IMG/VR virus record: IMGVR_UViG_3300032239_001501
Span: 1 to 64,000 of that record
Reading direction: 5' to 3' (one strand)
From: a virus
Lineage: Duplodnaviria > Caudoviricetes
Length of the DNA stretch: 64,000 nt
Below, piece after piece: positions 10,402-21,514 of the stretch. Below the pieces are notes generated by a model, which did no database searches, had not been told where the DNA came from, and was given only the letters and a program-made list of their open reading frames with translations. Made by a program: the position numbers and the translations under genes. Positions within the stretch are counted from its first letter, which is position 1, and every line of letters starts with the position of its first letter.

Positions 10402-11481
10402 TTAATTATTTTTTCTTATATTCCAAAAACCATACCCATAGTTGAGCATGTCGCCTAAATTATCAACTTCTCCAAGCCTTTGTACTCTCTCATAAGCAGA
10501 GTTCTTGCCGCGTTCCAAAAATACATCCGTTTGTATCTGTGGTTGATCCATAACTTTAAGTAATGCTTCCAATTTAGTAATTGGAACTGCGGTTAAATTA
10601 CTATCAGTAAATCCTGAAGATTCTTGGAAAAAAATACTTGTTCCATCAGCATAATCATAAAAGTTTATTCCAGTAATTGTATATGCAGTATAAATCGCAC
10701 TAATATCTGTTATTGAACCCCATATTTGACCATTTTTAATTACCGGCACTCCAACTTGATATTTTGGATTACCATATAACGATAATTCAGTCACCCTTGA
10801 TGTTGTTAAACCAGAGACAATAAATGGAACATTAAGATAATTGTTTGATGTTTGGGCAGAAACAACATTAACAGCATCACCCGAAAATATATAATCATAA
10901 CTAACTGGAGTTCCAAACCAATTCCCTCCAGCTGGAGTAAAATATGCAGTACCTTGTTGATTATAAATTGTAACCTCAGAGTATGGTAAAGTAACGGTCT
11001 TTTTAACCTTTGTAATACCCCAAGGATTAACTTGTTCTAACATTATCTCATATGTCTTATTGGCTGAAGGATATACGTGTGATATTGAATTAGGAGTATA
11101 TGATGTTACAGGTTCTAACTGTGAATCATCTCCCCAACTAATAACATATTTTGATAAGTCCAAAAACTTTTGAAATTCACTTGAAGTATTATATACATAA
11201 ACTTTATATGGTTCATCTGTTGTAGATGAAAATATAAAATTGGATACGACATCTTTCTGAAGAACAGCTCCATCAAATTCTGTATAATATCCTGCATCAA
11301 TTGCTGTTTGAGTAAGAAGTATATTAACAGTAAGTCCTGTTAATAATGAAGTGCCATAGGTATTACCACTTAATATTTCAGACATTCCTGAATAAACACC
11401 AACGGTTTCACCTTTCCAATCTACGGTGGTTAAATCAGCACTAATATTCTCAGGAGATACTATAAAATTATAATCTGCCAT
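10402..11481 (-). CDS. Hypothetical virion structural protein with a PKD-like segment (ISWGDD...SHVY)
   Basis: ORF track; WGD motif; operon context. Confidence 0.55.
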   Translation of the reverse strand: MADYNFIVSPENISADLTTVDWKGETVGVYSGMSEILSGNTYGTSLLTGLTVNILLTQTAIDAGYYTEFDGAVLQKDVVSNFIFSSTTDEPYKVYVYNTSSEFQKFLDLSKYVISWGDDSQLEPVTSYTPNSISHVYPSANKTYEIMLEQVNPWGITKVKKTVTLPYSEVTIYNQQGTAYFTPAGGNWFGTPVSYDYIFSGDAVNVVSAQTSNNYLNVPFIVSGLTTSRVTELSLYGNPKYQVGVPVIKNGQIWGSITDISAIYTAYTITGINFYDYADGTSIFFQESSGFTDSNLTAVPITKLEALLKVMDQPQIQTDVFLERGKNSAYERVQRLGEVDNLGDMLNYGYGFWNIRKNN

Positions 11482-12272
11482 TATTTGTTAACATATTCAT
11501 ACCATTTTATGGGAAGTGGTGTTCCCTCTCTATTTCCTGTTATTGTATTAAAAACTTGATAAGTTCTCTTATCATAATCCAGCTTAACCTTATAATAAAA
11601 ATATGTTAAATTATCAAAATTATGTTCTCCGCTAAGTTTTGATTGAGGTACATTCATCATTTTCGTATAAGTTCCAGTCATTGCGTTATAGAACTTGGCG
11701 GACATATAAAATGTATCAATATCCAAAAAAGTTCTTTTCTTTAACCAATAAATAAAAAACCCTTCTTTATCTCCAACATAATCTAATACAAAATCAGGTA
11801 TTTTAATTGTTACAGGAGTTCTTTGCATTATAGCATCTTTTTTTAATCCTTGTTGTGTTGGTATTATTATAGTTATATAATTCTTTTGTTTTTTATCATC
11901 TGTTGAATCATATAAATCCAATTTAAAAAATGAATTTGAAAAATTATTATCATAATAAAATATGTTACCAGTAGTAAATCCTTCGCTTCTATAGTCTAAT
12001 CTCCAATTTAATGGGTCAGTTAGTGTTCCACCAGAATAAAAATAAAATTGATATTTGATTGCAGTTTCTTGTGATGTTCCCGTAAAAGGAGCATTTGCAA
12101 ATCTATCAATTTCAAAATCTCTTCCTACTCCAATTACTTCAGTAATGACTTCTTTCTCATATTCATCAACACTTTGGTCTAATCCCAAGTAATCCCAATC
12201 TAATTGGATTGGAATATTAATTTGTTTTGCAGTTAAATTATTCTGTCTAATAAAAAATTTACTCACATCCAT
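11481..12272 (-). CDS. Hypothetical structural protein
   Basis: ORF track; aromatic-rich; overlaps or abuts both neighbours. Confidence 0.55.
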   Translation of the reverse strand: MDVSKFFIRQNNLTAKQINIPIQLDWDYLGLDQSVDEYEKEVITEVIGVGRDFEIDRFANAPFTGTSQETAIKYQFYFYSGGTLTDPLNWRLDYRSEGFTTGNIFYYDNNFSNSFFKLDLYDSTDDKKQKNYITIIIPTQQGLKKDAIMQRTPVTIKIPDFVLDYVGDKEGFFIYWLKKRTFLDIDTFYMSAKFYNAMTGTYTKMMNVPQSKLSGEHNFDNLTYFYYKVKLDYDKRTYQVFNTITGNREGTPLPIKWYEYVNK

Positions 12273-13956
12273 CTATTAAAGGTTTAATCGGATAATCAAT
12301 TCCAAGTAATGAAGAATTGAAGTTTATTCCTTCAGGAATTAATCTAAATACAACATCTGTAAATGGATATTGGGCAGTATTAAAAAACGGATAATCTACC
12401 CCTCTCTTTAAATTATCTTTAAAACCAAAAGTATATAAATCTCTCCACCTAAATTGTTGGTCAGATTTTGAAAAATAAGAATAAGATGGAACTTGATCAA
12501 TTGAGTTAAGTTCTCCTGTTTCAACATAATCCGAAAATACTCTTAATGTCATTTTATTATGTGGTGTATAATAAAATCCAGGAGAATTTTGATTTGTTGT
12601 GTTTGTTGTTTGAAAAATATTTTGATTATATTTTATTTTTTGATAATAAGGTGAAATAACTCTTTCTAATTGTTCATAGTTATTCCATTCACAAAAATCA
12701 CCATCAATAATATCATCTTTTTTTAAATTTTGATTAAAGTAAAAAGTATATGTTTTTCCATTTTCAGTTCTTGTATATGATGACACCGGTATGTTAGTAT
12801 TTGAAAGATCATTTGTAGAATTCCAATAATTATTTGTTGTTTTTGTTAAATTAAATTCCCATCCTTGCTTTAATCCAATACCATTAAAAGGATCATTAAA
12901 ATACCCTGTATACCCTTTATTTATCACAGTTAAATATAATTCACTAATTGGTCTTTTTTGATTATCTAATAAAGTAGTAAAATCCAAATCATAGTTTACC
13001 GTAACATTATAAGCGTTACTACTTGTTAATTGTGATATTCTTGTAACTTGATTTGGGGTAATAGAACTATATTCTAATTTTCTTGTTTCATTAAAAACAT
13101 TTTTTTCAAATCCAATTTTGGTCATTACAGTATCTTCCAAATCAGTTAAAATTTTATGTTTTCTAACATAATATTTTGATTTTGTTTCTTCTAAATTATT
13201 AGGATTTATTACTCTTTTAAATGTTCCAGTAACTCCATTTTGAAATGTTTTACCAGTATATCCAATATCATAAACATTAAAAATGTATTCAGAACTATCA
13301 AATAAATCATTACCTAAAGAATATACTTGAAATAAATTTGTTTTGTTATAAGAAAATGACAATTCAACATATTCTCCAATTGTAAGTCCGTGTGGTGCAA
13401 TACATTGGAAAGCAATTATTGGACTACCATTCTGTTGACTGTTATTAATAATAAACGGTATTCCTGTAGACGCTGTCCAAGTTAAATTTGAATTATTTAA
13501 ATTAAAATATAATTTTTTATCATAATCATTTTCATAACCATAACTTAAATAATAAGTCCAATTATAGGTATAAGCACTTTTAGCTTTATAATCAATATGT
13601 TGGTCTTGTATGTCAGGTCTTAAAAAATCAAATTCATAATATTGTGGAAACCCTTTCCAAGTACCACTAACAAATGATGTTTCAGCTCCCACATAAAATA
13701 AATTATATTGAAATGGCGTATAGGTTGTTGTTCCTGTATATGGATTACTGTATATGTAAGTAATTTTAAATGTAGGCCGAAATATTAAACATGCTTGTCT
13801 TTCATCATCATACACTTGAGCCAAATTAATAGTACTATTTCTATCATATTCAATAATAGATTGACTAGTTTCTTCCAAAGAAATAGGAATCTCTTGGTCA
13901 ACTGATGGAGCTGATTGATATTCTAACTTACTCGGTATAATTTTATAGTTATTCAA
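12259..13956 (-). CDS. Hypothetical structural protein
   Basis: 565-aa ORF coupled to both neighbours in the tail operon. Confidence 0.55.
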   Translation of the reverse strand: MNNYKIIPSKLEYQSAPSVDQEIPISLEETSQSIIEYDRNSTINLAQVYDDERQACLIFRPTFKITYIYSNPYTGTTTYTPFQYNLFYVGAETSFVSGTWKGFPQYYEFDFLRPDIQDQHIDYKAKSAYTYNWTYYLSYGYENDYDKKLYFNLNNSNLTWTASTGIPFIINNSQQNGSPIIAFQCIAPHGLTIGEYVELSFSYNKTNLFQVYSLGNDLFDSSEYIFNVYDIGYTGKTFQNGVTGTFKRVINPNNLEETKSKYYVRKHKILTDLEDTVMTKIGFEKNVFNETRKLEYSSITPNQVTRISQLTSSNAYNVTVNYDLDFTTLLDNQKRPISELYLTVINKGYTGYFNDPFNGIGLKQGWEFNLTKTTNNYWNSTNDLSNTNIPVSSYTRTENGKTYTFYFNQNLKKDDIIDGDFCEWNNYEQLERVISPYYQKIKYNQNIFQTTNTTNQNSPGFYYTPHNKMTLRVFSDYVETGELNSIDQVPSYSYFSKSDQQFRWRDLYTFGFKDNLKRGVDYPFFNTAQYPFTDVVFRLIPEGINFNSSLLGIDYPIKPLIDGCE

Positions 13957-16900
13957 GGATAGAATATTTTGTTTTAAATTTATCTAATGCACTATCACCT
14001 TTAATTAACCCAAAATAAAAATGAAATGGTGCACTAACTAAAAAATTGGAAGGATAATTTCCTCCTGCCGGTCCTCCATATGAATAATTACCATTACCAT
14101 CAATATTAAAAATGTATGCTCTTTCATAGATATCACTAATTTGAGTATTAGACCCTATAAAATACTTATTGTTTGGTTGTATTGTTCTTCTATCTAACGA
14201 TTGGTAATTGTACCCAAAAATACCACTTATAGATGAATTACTACTATAGTTAGTTTTCCAATTATTTAGTTCTCCTCCAAAAATACTAGGTACCGTTCCT
14301 TGTTTTAATTCCCATTGATAAAATGGAACATATTGTGATTTAATTCCATATGGGTATGTGATTGCATTTGCATTATTTGAAGGTCTAAAATCAATAACTC
14401 CTGGTGTTAAAAAATCTTTATTTTGTAAATCTTCCGTTGTTGATGAAAAAAAGATTCCCATAGTTGGAGATTTACTTCCCAAAATAACAACAGGGTCTGT
14501 TGAATTTCCATAAACGTTATAGTATTCAGGCGAAAATGGAATTACTCCATATTCTGAATTAATTGACATACTTTGGGCTAAATCGCCATCAACTCTTTTT
14601 TCTGGTCTTGAAAATAATTTGTTTAACCCATTATTTCCAAGGCTAATAATTTCAGATAAAAAATTAGCATTTGAAATTCTAGATATCACAAATAAATTGA
14701 CTAAATCTGAAGTATCAGAATAACTAGTTGTATTCAAACTTTTCATAATATATGCTCTAGATGATGGGTCAAATATAATTTCTTGATAAAAAGAATCTTT
14801 TATACCTAAATTAACAATAGTAGTAGGAAATAATAAATTTCTTTTATTTGTTGGTGAAATTAATAAATTTGTTGGTCTACCAACAAAAGATTGTGTTGTT
14901 GTTCCACTATAATATGGTGAGCTTCTATAATAGAAATTATTAGTTTTTTCATCAAAATAAACTAATTGTTTTGCGAATTCAGGAGGTAATGGTTTATTTT
15001 TATTATCATATTTTGTGTTTACTTGAATTGGGAAAGAATATAATGTTCCATTTACCCAATTATTAGTAAATGATTGCGATAAAACACCTCTACATAAACC
15101 ATAAAAAAATCTAAACCTATATCCCCATTCTTCAAATGTCTTTATATCTTTAACTAAATCAATTAATGGTTTATTCATCATTATATAACATCCATATTCA
15201 ACCGCATCACTCGCTTCACATCCGGCACTAACTCCAAAATTAACTGAATTACCACTATAACAACTAAGACCAACCATATTTTCACAAGTACTCATGGTTG
15301 TTAAAACATTTTCAGATGCAAGTTGTCCTTCAATATCAGGAGTTACTTGACTTGTCCCTGTTGAAAATGATGCTCCATTTGCTGTTATACCTCCCCCTTG
15401 AATAGTATAAACAGAAAACCCAAGATTTTGTTGTAATAGACTTACACTACCAACTAAACTACCACGATCATCAATATAATCTGATGATGGTAATCTATCA
15501 GTTCTCATAACGTTTTTATTTGATATTGTTATATCAAGAGCGCTAGTTCCTGTTAATGTTGGATATAATATTGGGCTATAATAAAACATAGAACCAGGAC
15601 CACTAGGATAAGTTGGTAATTTCACCATTATAGCGCCTCCTGATAAATCTTCTGCTGCGTCATATTTATTATCCGCGATTTGAGGAGAATAAAATAAATT
15701 GTTAGTTTTAGTTACAACGCCAGTGACAGAACCAATAGGATATGAATTGACATAAGTACTTGATTTATATGTTGTATCATTAGCGGTAATTTGTGATACA
15801 TTTGAATCTAATGCTCCATAATAACCTATGTTAGATGTTTTATAAGGTATAAATACATTTCCACTTGTAGTTAATCCAGGAATAGATGGGCTGTATACAT
15901 ATGATGGATAAAATATATTACTTTGATTATTATGTTGTTGAACTGAAGTAGTTGAATTTAGAGGTAATTTTTGAATTGGTATATTCATTCTTGTACTTGC
16001 AGTAAAAGTAACATCATCTTCGTTTGCAAACCCCAATATTTTACCAATACCATATTTATTTACCAATAATGGAGAATATGGGTCAACTCCCCTTTGTAAT
16101 ATTAATACTTTTTGGTCACTAAAATTACTAAAATCAGATGTTGGGTGTATTTCAGTAGATATTGATTGATAAAATATTCCAGCAAGTTGTACATAAGCGC
16201 TAATAATGTTATCAGCATTTAATGTACTCCAAAATCCAACTCCTGTTCCTAAATTAGGTAAAGAATATTGTGGTTGCCCATTAACTATTGTTTTTGTGAT
16301 AGTAATTGCAGTTAAAACTTGATAATATTCAATGTCTGATGGATAAACATATCTTTGACAAGTATTTCCGTAAGAATTTATTATATATTCTGCAGTTCCA
16401 CCCAAATTATTCAAAGAAATACAATTACTATTCGTAATAGCTGTTATTCCTAAAGTTAATCCTGTTAAAACATTAACATTTCCAGTACAATCCGAGTAAA
16501 TTAAACTACCCTCTTTTGTAACATTAATTGTTATACTGTCAACACAACTTGTTGTTGCTGAAGGTATTGTATATTGAACAGAGGTGTCTGTTGTTTGTGT
16601 TAAAGCATAATTAACTGTTGCTTGGAATTGATTAGTAGTTTGAATACCATTAATACCATTAATTACCGCTCCCCCAACAGCTGTTTGACCTGTCCAAAGA
16701 TAATTACTATCTGTTGTAAGTGCTGGACTAACAAAACTAAGTAAGTCACCTGGTTGTAAATCTTGTGTTGATAATACTGTTAATGTATTATCATAGTGAA
16801 AAGATGTATTATTATTAGATGCAAAACTAACTTTAATTTTATTAACCCCTTGAAAATATTTATTTCTTGTATTATATACGTTAATTCTTTCTCCTGGTGA

Positions 16901-19033
16901 TAAAGTAGAAGAAGAAGTTATTACTTTTGTCCCATCAGGATATGTTTGAAGTGAAGATTTAAGTGTTTTAAAAATATTAGGATTTTTTGTAGAATCTGAA
17001 CGACCAGCAATAGCTTGGCTTTGTACTAATGCAGATAATTGAATATTAGTGTCATAATTTTCATCAGATTTTGGTATATTTGTTGTTTTTTCATTTGAAG
17101 TAATTAAACTTTCAAAATAAAAAACAGAATTTGACAATTGACTTAATACTCCAGATGATGGCGCTGACTCAGTAGCAAGTTCCCCCCCAGGTGATGTTGT
17201 TTCCCCATTACAATCACAAGCTTGACAATCAGGATATGTTATCATAGGTAATTTAAATCTACCAAATTTATAAGAAGTAATTGCCTTAAAATTTAAAAGA
17301 AGTATAAGATCTAAAGCCGCCCAAAGTGCACCTTTAACTGCAAAAGGCAAAATTAATCCAAGAGACGGCCATGCAAGACCAGCAGATATAAATTCTTGAA
17401 CCGAAACATAACCAAAATAAAGAATTAATAAGATTAACAATGGAACAGCAAAATTATTCCAAAGAAATGCAATAAAATGATATACAGTTAATAATGGGAT
17501 TCCAATAATTTGAATTACTTGAAGTATTATTGAAAAAACAAAATACAATAAATCAAAATTTCTAAACCCATCATTCACAGGAAATTTATTAACACTACTT
17601 GAACAATCATTGCTATCAATTTCTTTAATCCCTACAAATCTTCCTTTAGCCCCATTTTTAAATTCATCAATCAATCCAGCAACTGTATATACTCTATTAA
17701 ACTCAAATGGATAAAAAGTATCTTCACAATTTATTGCTGCTTGTAAATTAGTATATCCTGACCAATCAAGTCCAAAATAATATGAACCTGCCAATTTTTT
17801 TCCTTCAGATGAAGTTGTTGATAAATAATTTGGGTCAGTAGCATTACTACTTGTCCAACCATATTCTTTAATATTTGGAACTAAATAATTAGGTCTTCTT
17901 GTTTGTTCTGAAATACTAGGTGGTTGAGTCCATTTAATTTTAAATCTATATTTTCCTTTTGTTGGTATACCAATTGTTGGGTCATTAGAAATTACTTTTT
18001 CACCAAATTGATTAGTTACAACATAATCTAAATTCATAGGTAACTCCACTAACCATGTTCCACTTCCATCAATTACATTTCCTGATTGTTCAAGTTGATA
18101 TTGTTCTAGTATTGGATTACCGTCTGAGTCTAATGTAATTGTTTGTCTTATCGCTAATATTTGTCCAGGACCTGCTTGTAAATTACAAAGATTACCCATG
18201 TCATCTCTTGGTTTTCCACTTTTTCTAACTCTATATGAATCAGGTGTTGAAAACATAGACCCCATAAAAACAGCAGTTGGTTGTATATTAATATTGGCAC
18301 TATTTCTTAAATCAAAATCTACTCTATTGACAGCAATTTGACATAAATCAGGATCTCCCCACAATGGAGATATTTCAGTATTAACAGATAAATTAATAAT
18401 TTGTGGTAATGAATTAAGATCAGTTGAAGTTCTAAATTGATTTCCAGCAACTTGGCCTTCAGTTGCTATACCCATTCTAATTAAATCTTGAGGAGTTAAA
18501 GAAAATTCACCGATATCCGATAAATCAACATCCATAACTAAAGTTTGTTCCCCTAATGGAACTCCCATAATCATGTAATCACCACTCTCATTTGTTTTGG
18601 CAGTAAACTTATAATATTTGTCGTATATTTCTACAACAGTACTTGCAGTTAATGCATCATTTCTTGAAGGTAAGGTTCCTGTTGCTGCGTGTTTTGAATA
18701 GGATTTTTCATAAGGTAATAAATTATACCTATATCCATCACTATTTTTATCACTTGGTGATTTATAAGGGTATATACTTTGAATAAGCGGATTTGATTCA
18801 TCAATACTATCAATAGGAATGAATATTGAAACTCTTGCATTTGGTAATCCAAATCCATTGTTTGCAGTTATTCTACCAACCACAACGCCATAATCCGCAC
18901 AACTTCTAGTATAGATATCTGATTGTTGAATCTTTAATGAAAGAATTTCAAGAAATTCAAACTCTTGGTCTAATTGAACATTAATTGTTTTGTTAATCCC
19001 GAGCTCTGTTTGTATCCTATATGATTGACCCAT
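13949..19033 (-). CDS. Large virion-associated protein with an N-terminal beta-sandwich and an internal hydrophobic (transmembrane-like) region
   Basis: N-terminal GVVVGRITANNGFGLPNARVSIF...TNESGDYMIMGVP resembles a carboxypeptidase-regulatory-like fold; hydrophobic stretch at about aa 493-582. Confidence 0.55.
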   Translation of the reverse strand: MGQSYRIQTELGINKTINVQLDQEFEFLEILSLKIQQSDIYTRSCADYGVVVGRITANNGFGLPNARVSIFIPIDSIDESNPLIQSIYPYKSPSDKNSDGYRYNLLPYEKSYSKHAATGTLPSRNDALTASTVVEIYDKYYKFTAKTNESGDYMIMGVPLGEQTLVMDVDLSDIGEFSLTPQDLIRMGIATEGQVAGNQFRTSTDLNSLPQIINLSVNTEISPLWGDPDLCQIAVNRVDFDLRNSANINIQPTAVFMGSMFSTPDSYRVRKSGKPRDDMGNLCNLQAGPGQILAIRQTITLDSDGNPILEQYQLEQSGNVIDGSGTWLVELPMNLDYVVTNQFGEKVISNDPTIGIPTKGKYRFKIKWTQPPSISEQTRRPNYLVPNIKEYGWTSSNATDPNYLSTTSSEGKKLAGSYYFGLDWSGYTNLQAAINCEDTFYPFEFNRVYTVAGLIDEFKNGAKGRFVGIKEIDSNDCSSSVNKFPVNDGFRNFDLLYFVFSIILQVIQIIGIPLLTVYHFIAFLWNNFAVPLLILLILYFGYVSVQEFISAGLAWPSLGLILPFAVKGALWAALDLILLLNFKAITSYKFGRFKLPMITYPDCQACDCNGETTSPGGELATESAPSSGVLSQLSNSVFYFESLITSNEKTTNIPKSDENYDTNIQLSALVQSQAIAGRSDSTKNPNIFKTLKSSLQTYPDGTKVITSSSTLSPGERINVYNTRNKYFQGVNKIKVSFASNNNTSFHYDNTLTVLSTQDLQPGDLLSFVSPALTTDSNYLWTGQTAVGGAVINGINGIQTTNQFQATVNYALTQTTDTSVQYTIPSATTSCVDSITINVTKEGSLIYSDCTGNVNVLTGLTLGITAITNSNCISLNNLGGTAEYIINSYGNTCQRYVYPSDIEYYQVLTAITITKTIVNGQPQYSLPNLGTGVGFWSTLNADNIISAYVQLAGIFYQSISTEIHPTSDFSNFSDQKVLILQRGVDPYSPLLVNKYGIGKILGFANEDDVTFTASTRMNIPIQKLPLNSTTSVQQHNNQSNIFYPSYVYSPSIPGLTTSGNVFIPYKTSNIGYYGALDSNVSQITANDTTYKSSTYVNSYPIGSVTGVVTKTNNLFYSPQIADNKYDAAEDLSGGAIMVKLPTYPSGPGSMFYYSPILYPTLTGTSALDITISNKNVMRTDRLPSSDYIDDRGSLVGSVSLLQQNLGFSVYTIQGGGITANGASFSTGTSQVTPDIEGQLASENVLTTMSTCENMVGLSCYSGNSVNFGVSAGCEASDAVEYGCYIMMNKPLIDLVKDIKTFEEWGYRFRFFYGLCRGVLSQSFTNNWVNGTLYSFPIQVNTKYDNKNKPLPPEFAKQLVYFDEKTNNFYYRSSPYYSGTTTQSFVGRPTNLLISPTNKRNLLFPTTIVNLGIKDSFYQEIIFDPSSRAYIMKSLNTTSYSDTSDLVNLFVISRISNANFLSEIISLGNNGLNKLFSRPEKRVDGDLAQSMSINSEYGVIPFSPEYYNVYGNSTDPVVILGSKSPTMGIFFSSTTEDLQNKDFLTPGVIDFRPSNNANAITYPYGIKSQYVPFYQWELKQGTVPSIFGGELNNWKTNYSSNSSISGIFGYNYQSLDRRTIQPNNKYFIGSNTQISDIYERAYIFNIDGNGNYSYGGPAGGNYPSNFLVSAPFHFYFGLIKGDSALDKFKTKYSILE

Positions 19034-19047
19034 CTAATGGTTTTAAC

Positions 19048-19055
19048 TATAAATA
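19048..19055 (-). promoter_or_regulatory. TATTTATA motif (putative late promoter)
   Basis: 14 nt upstream of ATG 19033. Confidence 0.55.
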
Positions 19056-19122
19056 GTTTATGTGAACTTTTATAAAAAAATACACCACTTTAAATTATAG
19101 TTTAAAGATGTTAAAAATAAAC

Positions 19123-20961
19123 TTATGAGAATGTAACTGATTGGAAGTTTTTAACAGATACTCTAATATCTTTATTTGGGTACCTAATTTGATATACTTG
19201 TGATGGTTGTGCAAATATTGTATCATCTACAGGTCCAATTAATTTTGTTTCAGGGTTAGAATAAACCATTGAAGTTTCAGCTGAAGAATATTGTCCACCT
19301 ACTTCATTATAAATGTCCAATCCAGCAACAGTTAATACACCATTAAGATTTTGAATTATACTTCTAATTTCAGACAGATACACATTTTGTCCAAGTTGTC
19401 TTATTTGTGGATTAAAATATGTTGAAATTGCATCAATTACTGATGAAATAATTTGACCTGAATTTTGAGCCGCATCTAAAACAATTGAAACATCTGTACT
19501 TACATCAATAACTTCTGCTGTAAAAATTGAAATGTAATCATTCATCATTCTATAATTTGATAAATAATTGGCGATATTTTGTTTTAAAGTATTTGACACA
19601 ACGTTAGTTAATTTACCTGAAGTATCATATGATAATATCTGAATCATTATTTTATTATTATTTTCAGTTATTGATACTTTAGCAGGTGCACCAAACTGAG
19701 CAGGCATATTTCTAATAATTGATTCATAATCTTGTACGGTAACTGCTCTTTTTTGTGCAGAGAAGTTAAATGATACATAATTCCTAATTTCCTCTATTGT
19801 TGGAAGTCCTGATCCTCCAATTGCTGCAGTTACGTTGTTACATCTTAAAGAACTAACTACAGATGAGTTTGTTGCTTCAGAAGGTCCATTAACAAAAAAT
19901 GATACAGTTCCAATTTGATTAATTACATTAGTTCCCAAATTAGTTTGTAATCCACCACCTACTCTATATTGAACAAACAATGTTGAATTAGCCTTCAATG
20001 CTGAACCTAAAGAAAAGTTATTTGAATATTTTTGTAATTCCAATGTTGTACCATAAGTTGTAAATTGGTCTAAAGCATCTTGTGCAGTATTTGTTCCTCC
20101 ACCAAACGTCAATTTTTTAAATCCTTCTCCTGTATATTCACTAATAAATCTATCTTGAGTTTGAATATACCTACCAACTTTAATTCCTGGCTTATCCGAA
20201 GCCTTTGTTGGGTCTTCAATAAAAACTCTATCCTCAGCTAAAGCATCTACTTCATACCATCTATTAGTTAATCCCATGAATTCAGCAGTTGTTGGCACAT
20301 TTGTATATTGTGTTCCGTCTTTTAATAAAACACTTGTAATACCTAAAACATTTTTTTCAGGTAAAAATAGTTCAAAGAATGGTTTTACATCATTAGGTGT
20401 AATAACTCTTTTAAAAACTTTTGTAATACCATTAACAACAATTTCCCTTTTAGTAATTGTATAGTTCAACAAAATTCCATTAGAATTAAAATTTGGTATT
20501 TTTAATCTATTAGGAAATCCTTGAGCATTATACGGTGAAAAAAAGTCAACATCATAAATATTTTCAAACACTAGCCCAGCTCCAACAACTTGAGACCCTC
20601 TTAATAGTGTTCCAAGATATCTTTCATCTTCTTTATCACCATAAGCCGGAACAGTAATTGAAAAATCAACTAATGAAACTGACGGTCTTTGTCCAGGTAA
20701 TTTTAATCCATAAGTTCTCGCTATGTTATAAACTGAAGATTTTTGTTGAGCATATTGAAGTACTGTTTCTTGAATACTTCTATCAATATGATAATGTAAG
20801 TTATCTGCAACTGCAGCATTTAAATCCAAAAATACTGAAAATACAGAAGCATCATTAAAATCTTGTATTAATTCAGGATAATAAGTTCTAACGTAATTTT
20901 GTAATTCCGTTCTTATTGCTTGGAAATCTCTGGTTGTATATGGTATTTGACGGCTAGCCAT
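19123..20961 (-). CDS. Baseplate wedge subunit (T4 gp6 / baseplate J-like)
   Basis: N-terminal YTTRDFQAIRTEL, AQQKSSVYNIARTYG, YRVGGG, and AQKRAVTVQDY motif; next to the gp25-like gene. Confidence 0.85.
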   Translation of the reverse strand: MASRQIPYTTRDFQAIRTELQNYVRTYYPELIQDFNDASVFSVFLDLNAAVADNLHYHIDRSIQETVLQYAQQKSSVYNIARTYGLKLPGQRPSVSLVDFSITVPAYGDKEDERYLGTLLRGSQVVGAGLVFENIYDVDFFSPYNAQGFPNRLKIPNFNSNGILLNYTITKREIVVNGITKVFKRVITPNDVKPFFELFLPEKNVLGITSVLLKDGTQYTNVPTTAEFMGLTNRWYEVDALAEDRVFIEDPTKASDKPGIKVGRYIQTQDRFISEYTGEGFKKLTFGGGTNTAQDALDQFTTYGTTLELQKYSNNFSLGSALKANSTLFVQYRVGGGLQTNLGTNVINQIGTVSFFVNGPSEATNSSVVSSLRCNNVTAAIGGSGLPTIEEIRNYVSFNFSAQKRAVTVQDYESIIRNMPAQFGAPAKVSITENNNKIMIQILSYDTSGKLTNVVSNTLKQNIANYLSNYRMMNDYISIFTAEVIDVSTDVSIVLDAAQNSGQIISSVIDAISTYFNPQIRQLGQNVYLSEIRSIIQNLNGVLTVAGLDIYNEVGGQYSSAETSMVYSNPETKLIGPVDDTIFAQPSQVYQIRYPNKDIRVSVKNFQSVTFS

Positions 20962-20966
20962 TTATA

Positions 20967-21437
20967 TTAAATATTGATAATTAGAAAATCACTTTGGGCA
21001 AACGTTTGTCCATTTGTGGCATAATCTATTTTTATTTTTGCAGTATATTCAGAAGTTCCTTTACCAGGAAACCTATATATAGAAATATCTGAAGATCCTG
21101 CAATATTAGTTTGTGTTCCCGCATCAACTTCATCTTGAATATCTGCTGGTGTTATAGTTATTTGATTAATTAATAAATTAGGCATAAAGTTTTGAACCGC
21201 ATCTCTAATATCAGATTGAATAGCATCAAAAGTTAATCCATCAAAAGGTTCAAAAAGAAATTCATATAACCTTGTTCCAAATGTTGGTAAATAATATCTA
21301 GATCCTTTTCTAGTTAGTAAAAGATGTAATAAATCTGATTTAATTTCATCTTTTTGAAATTGCGTAAGTTCTAAATAATCTCCACGAACAGAATCATTAA
21401 AAGGAAACGATAATCCATATGTTGTTCCATTTGCCAT
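20967..21437 (-). CDS. Baseplate wedge / sheath initiator (T4 gp25 / gpW-like)
   Basis: IKSDLLHLLLTRKGSRYYLPTFGTRLYEFLFEP is the gp25 signature. Confidence 0.88.
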   Translation of the reverse strand: MANGTTYGLSFPFNDSVRGDYLELTQFQKDEIKSDLLHLLLTRKGSRYYLPTFGTRLYEFLFEPFDGLTFDAIQSDIRDAVQNFMPNLLINQITITPADIQDEVDAGTQTNIAGSSDISIYRFPGKGTSEYTAKIKIDYATNGQTFAQSDFLIINI

Positions 21438-21465
21438 ATATTATAATAGTTATCTATTTTATTCT

Positions 21466-21473
21466 AATAAATA
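21466..21473 (-). promoter_or_regulatory. TATTTATT motif (putative late promoter) for the gp25/gp6 unit
   Basis: 28 nt upstream of ATG 21437, directly after the nrdA terminator. Confidence 0.5.
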
Positions 21474-21480
21474 GATGAAT

Positions 21481-21508
21481 AAAAAAAATCCAACAACTTG
21501 TTGGATTT
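21481..21508 (-). terminator. Intrinsic terminator after nrdA
   Basis: aaatccaaca-act-tgttggattt hairpin with a U-tract on the minus strand. Confidence 0.75.
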
Positions 21509-21514
21509 AATTTT

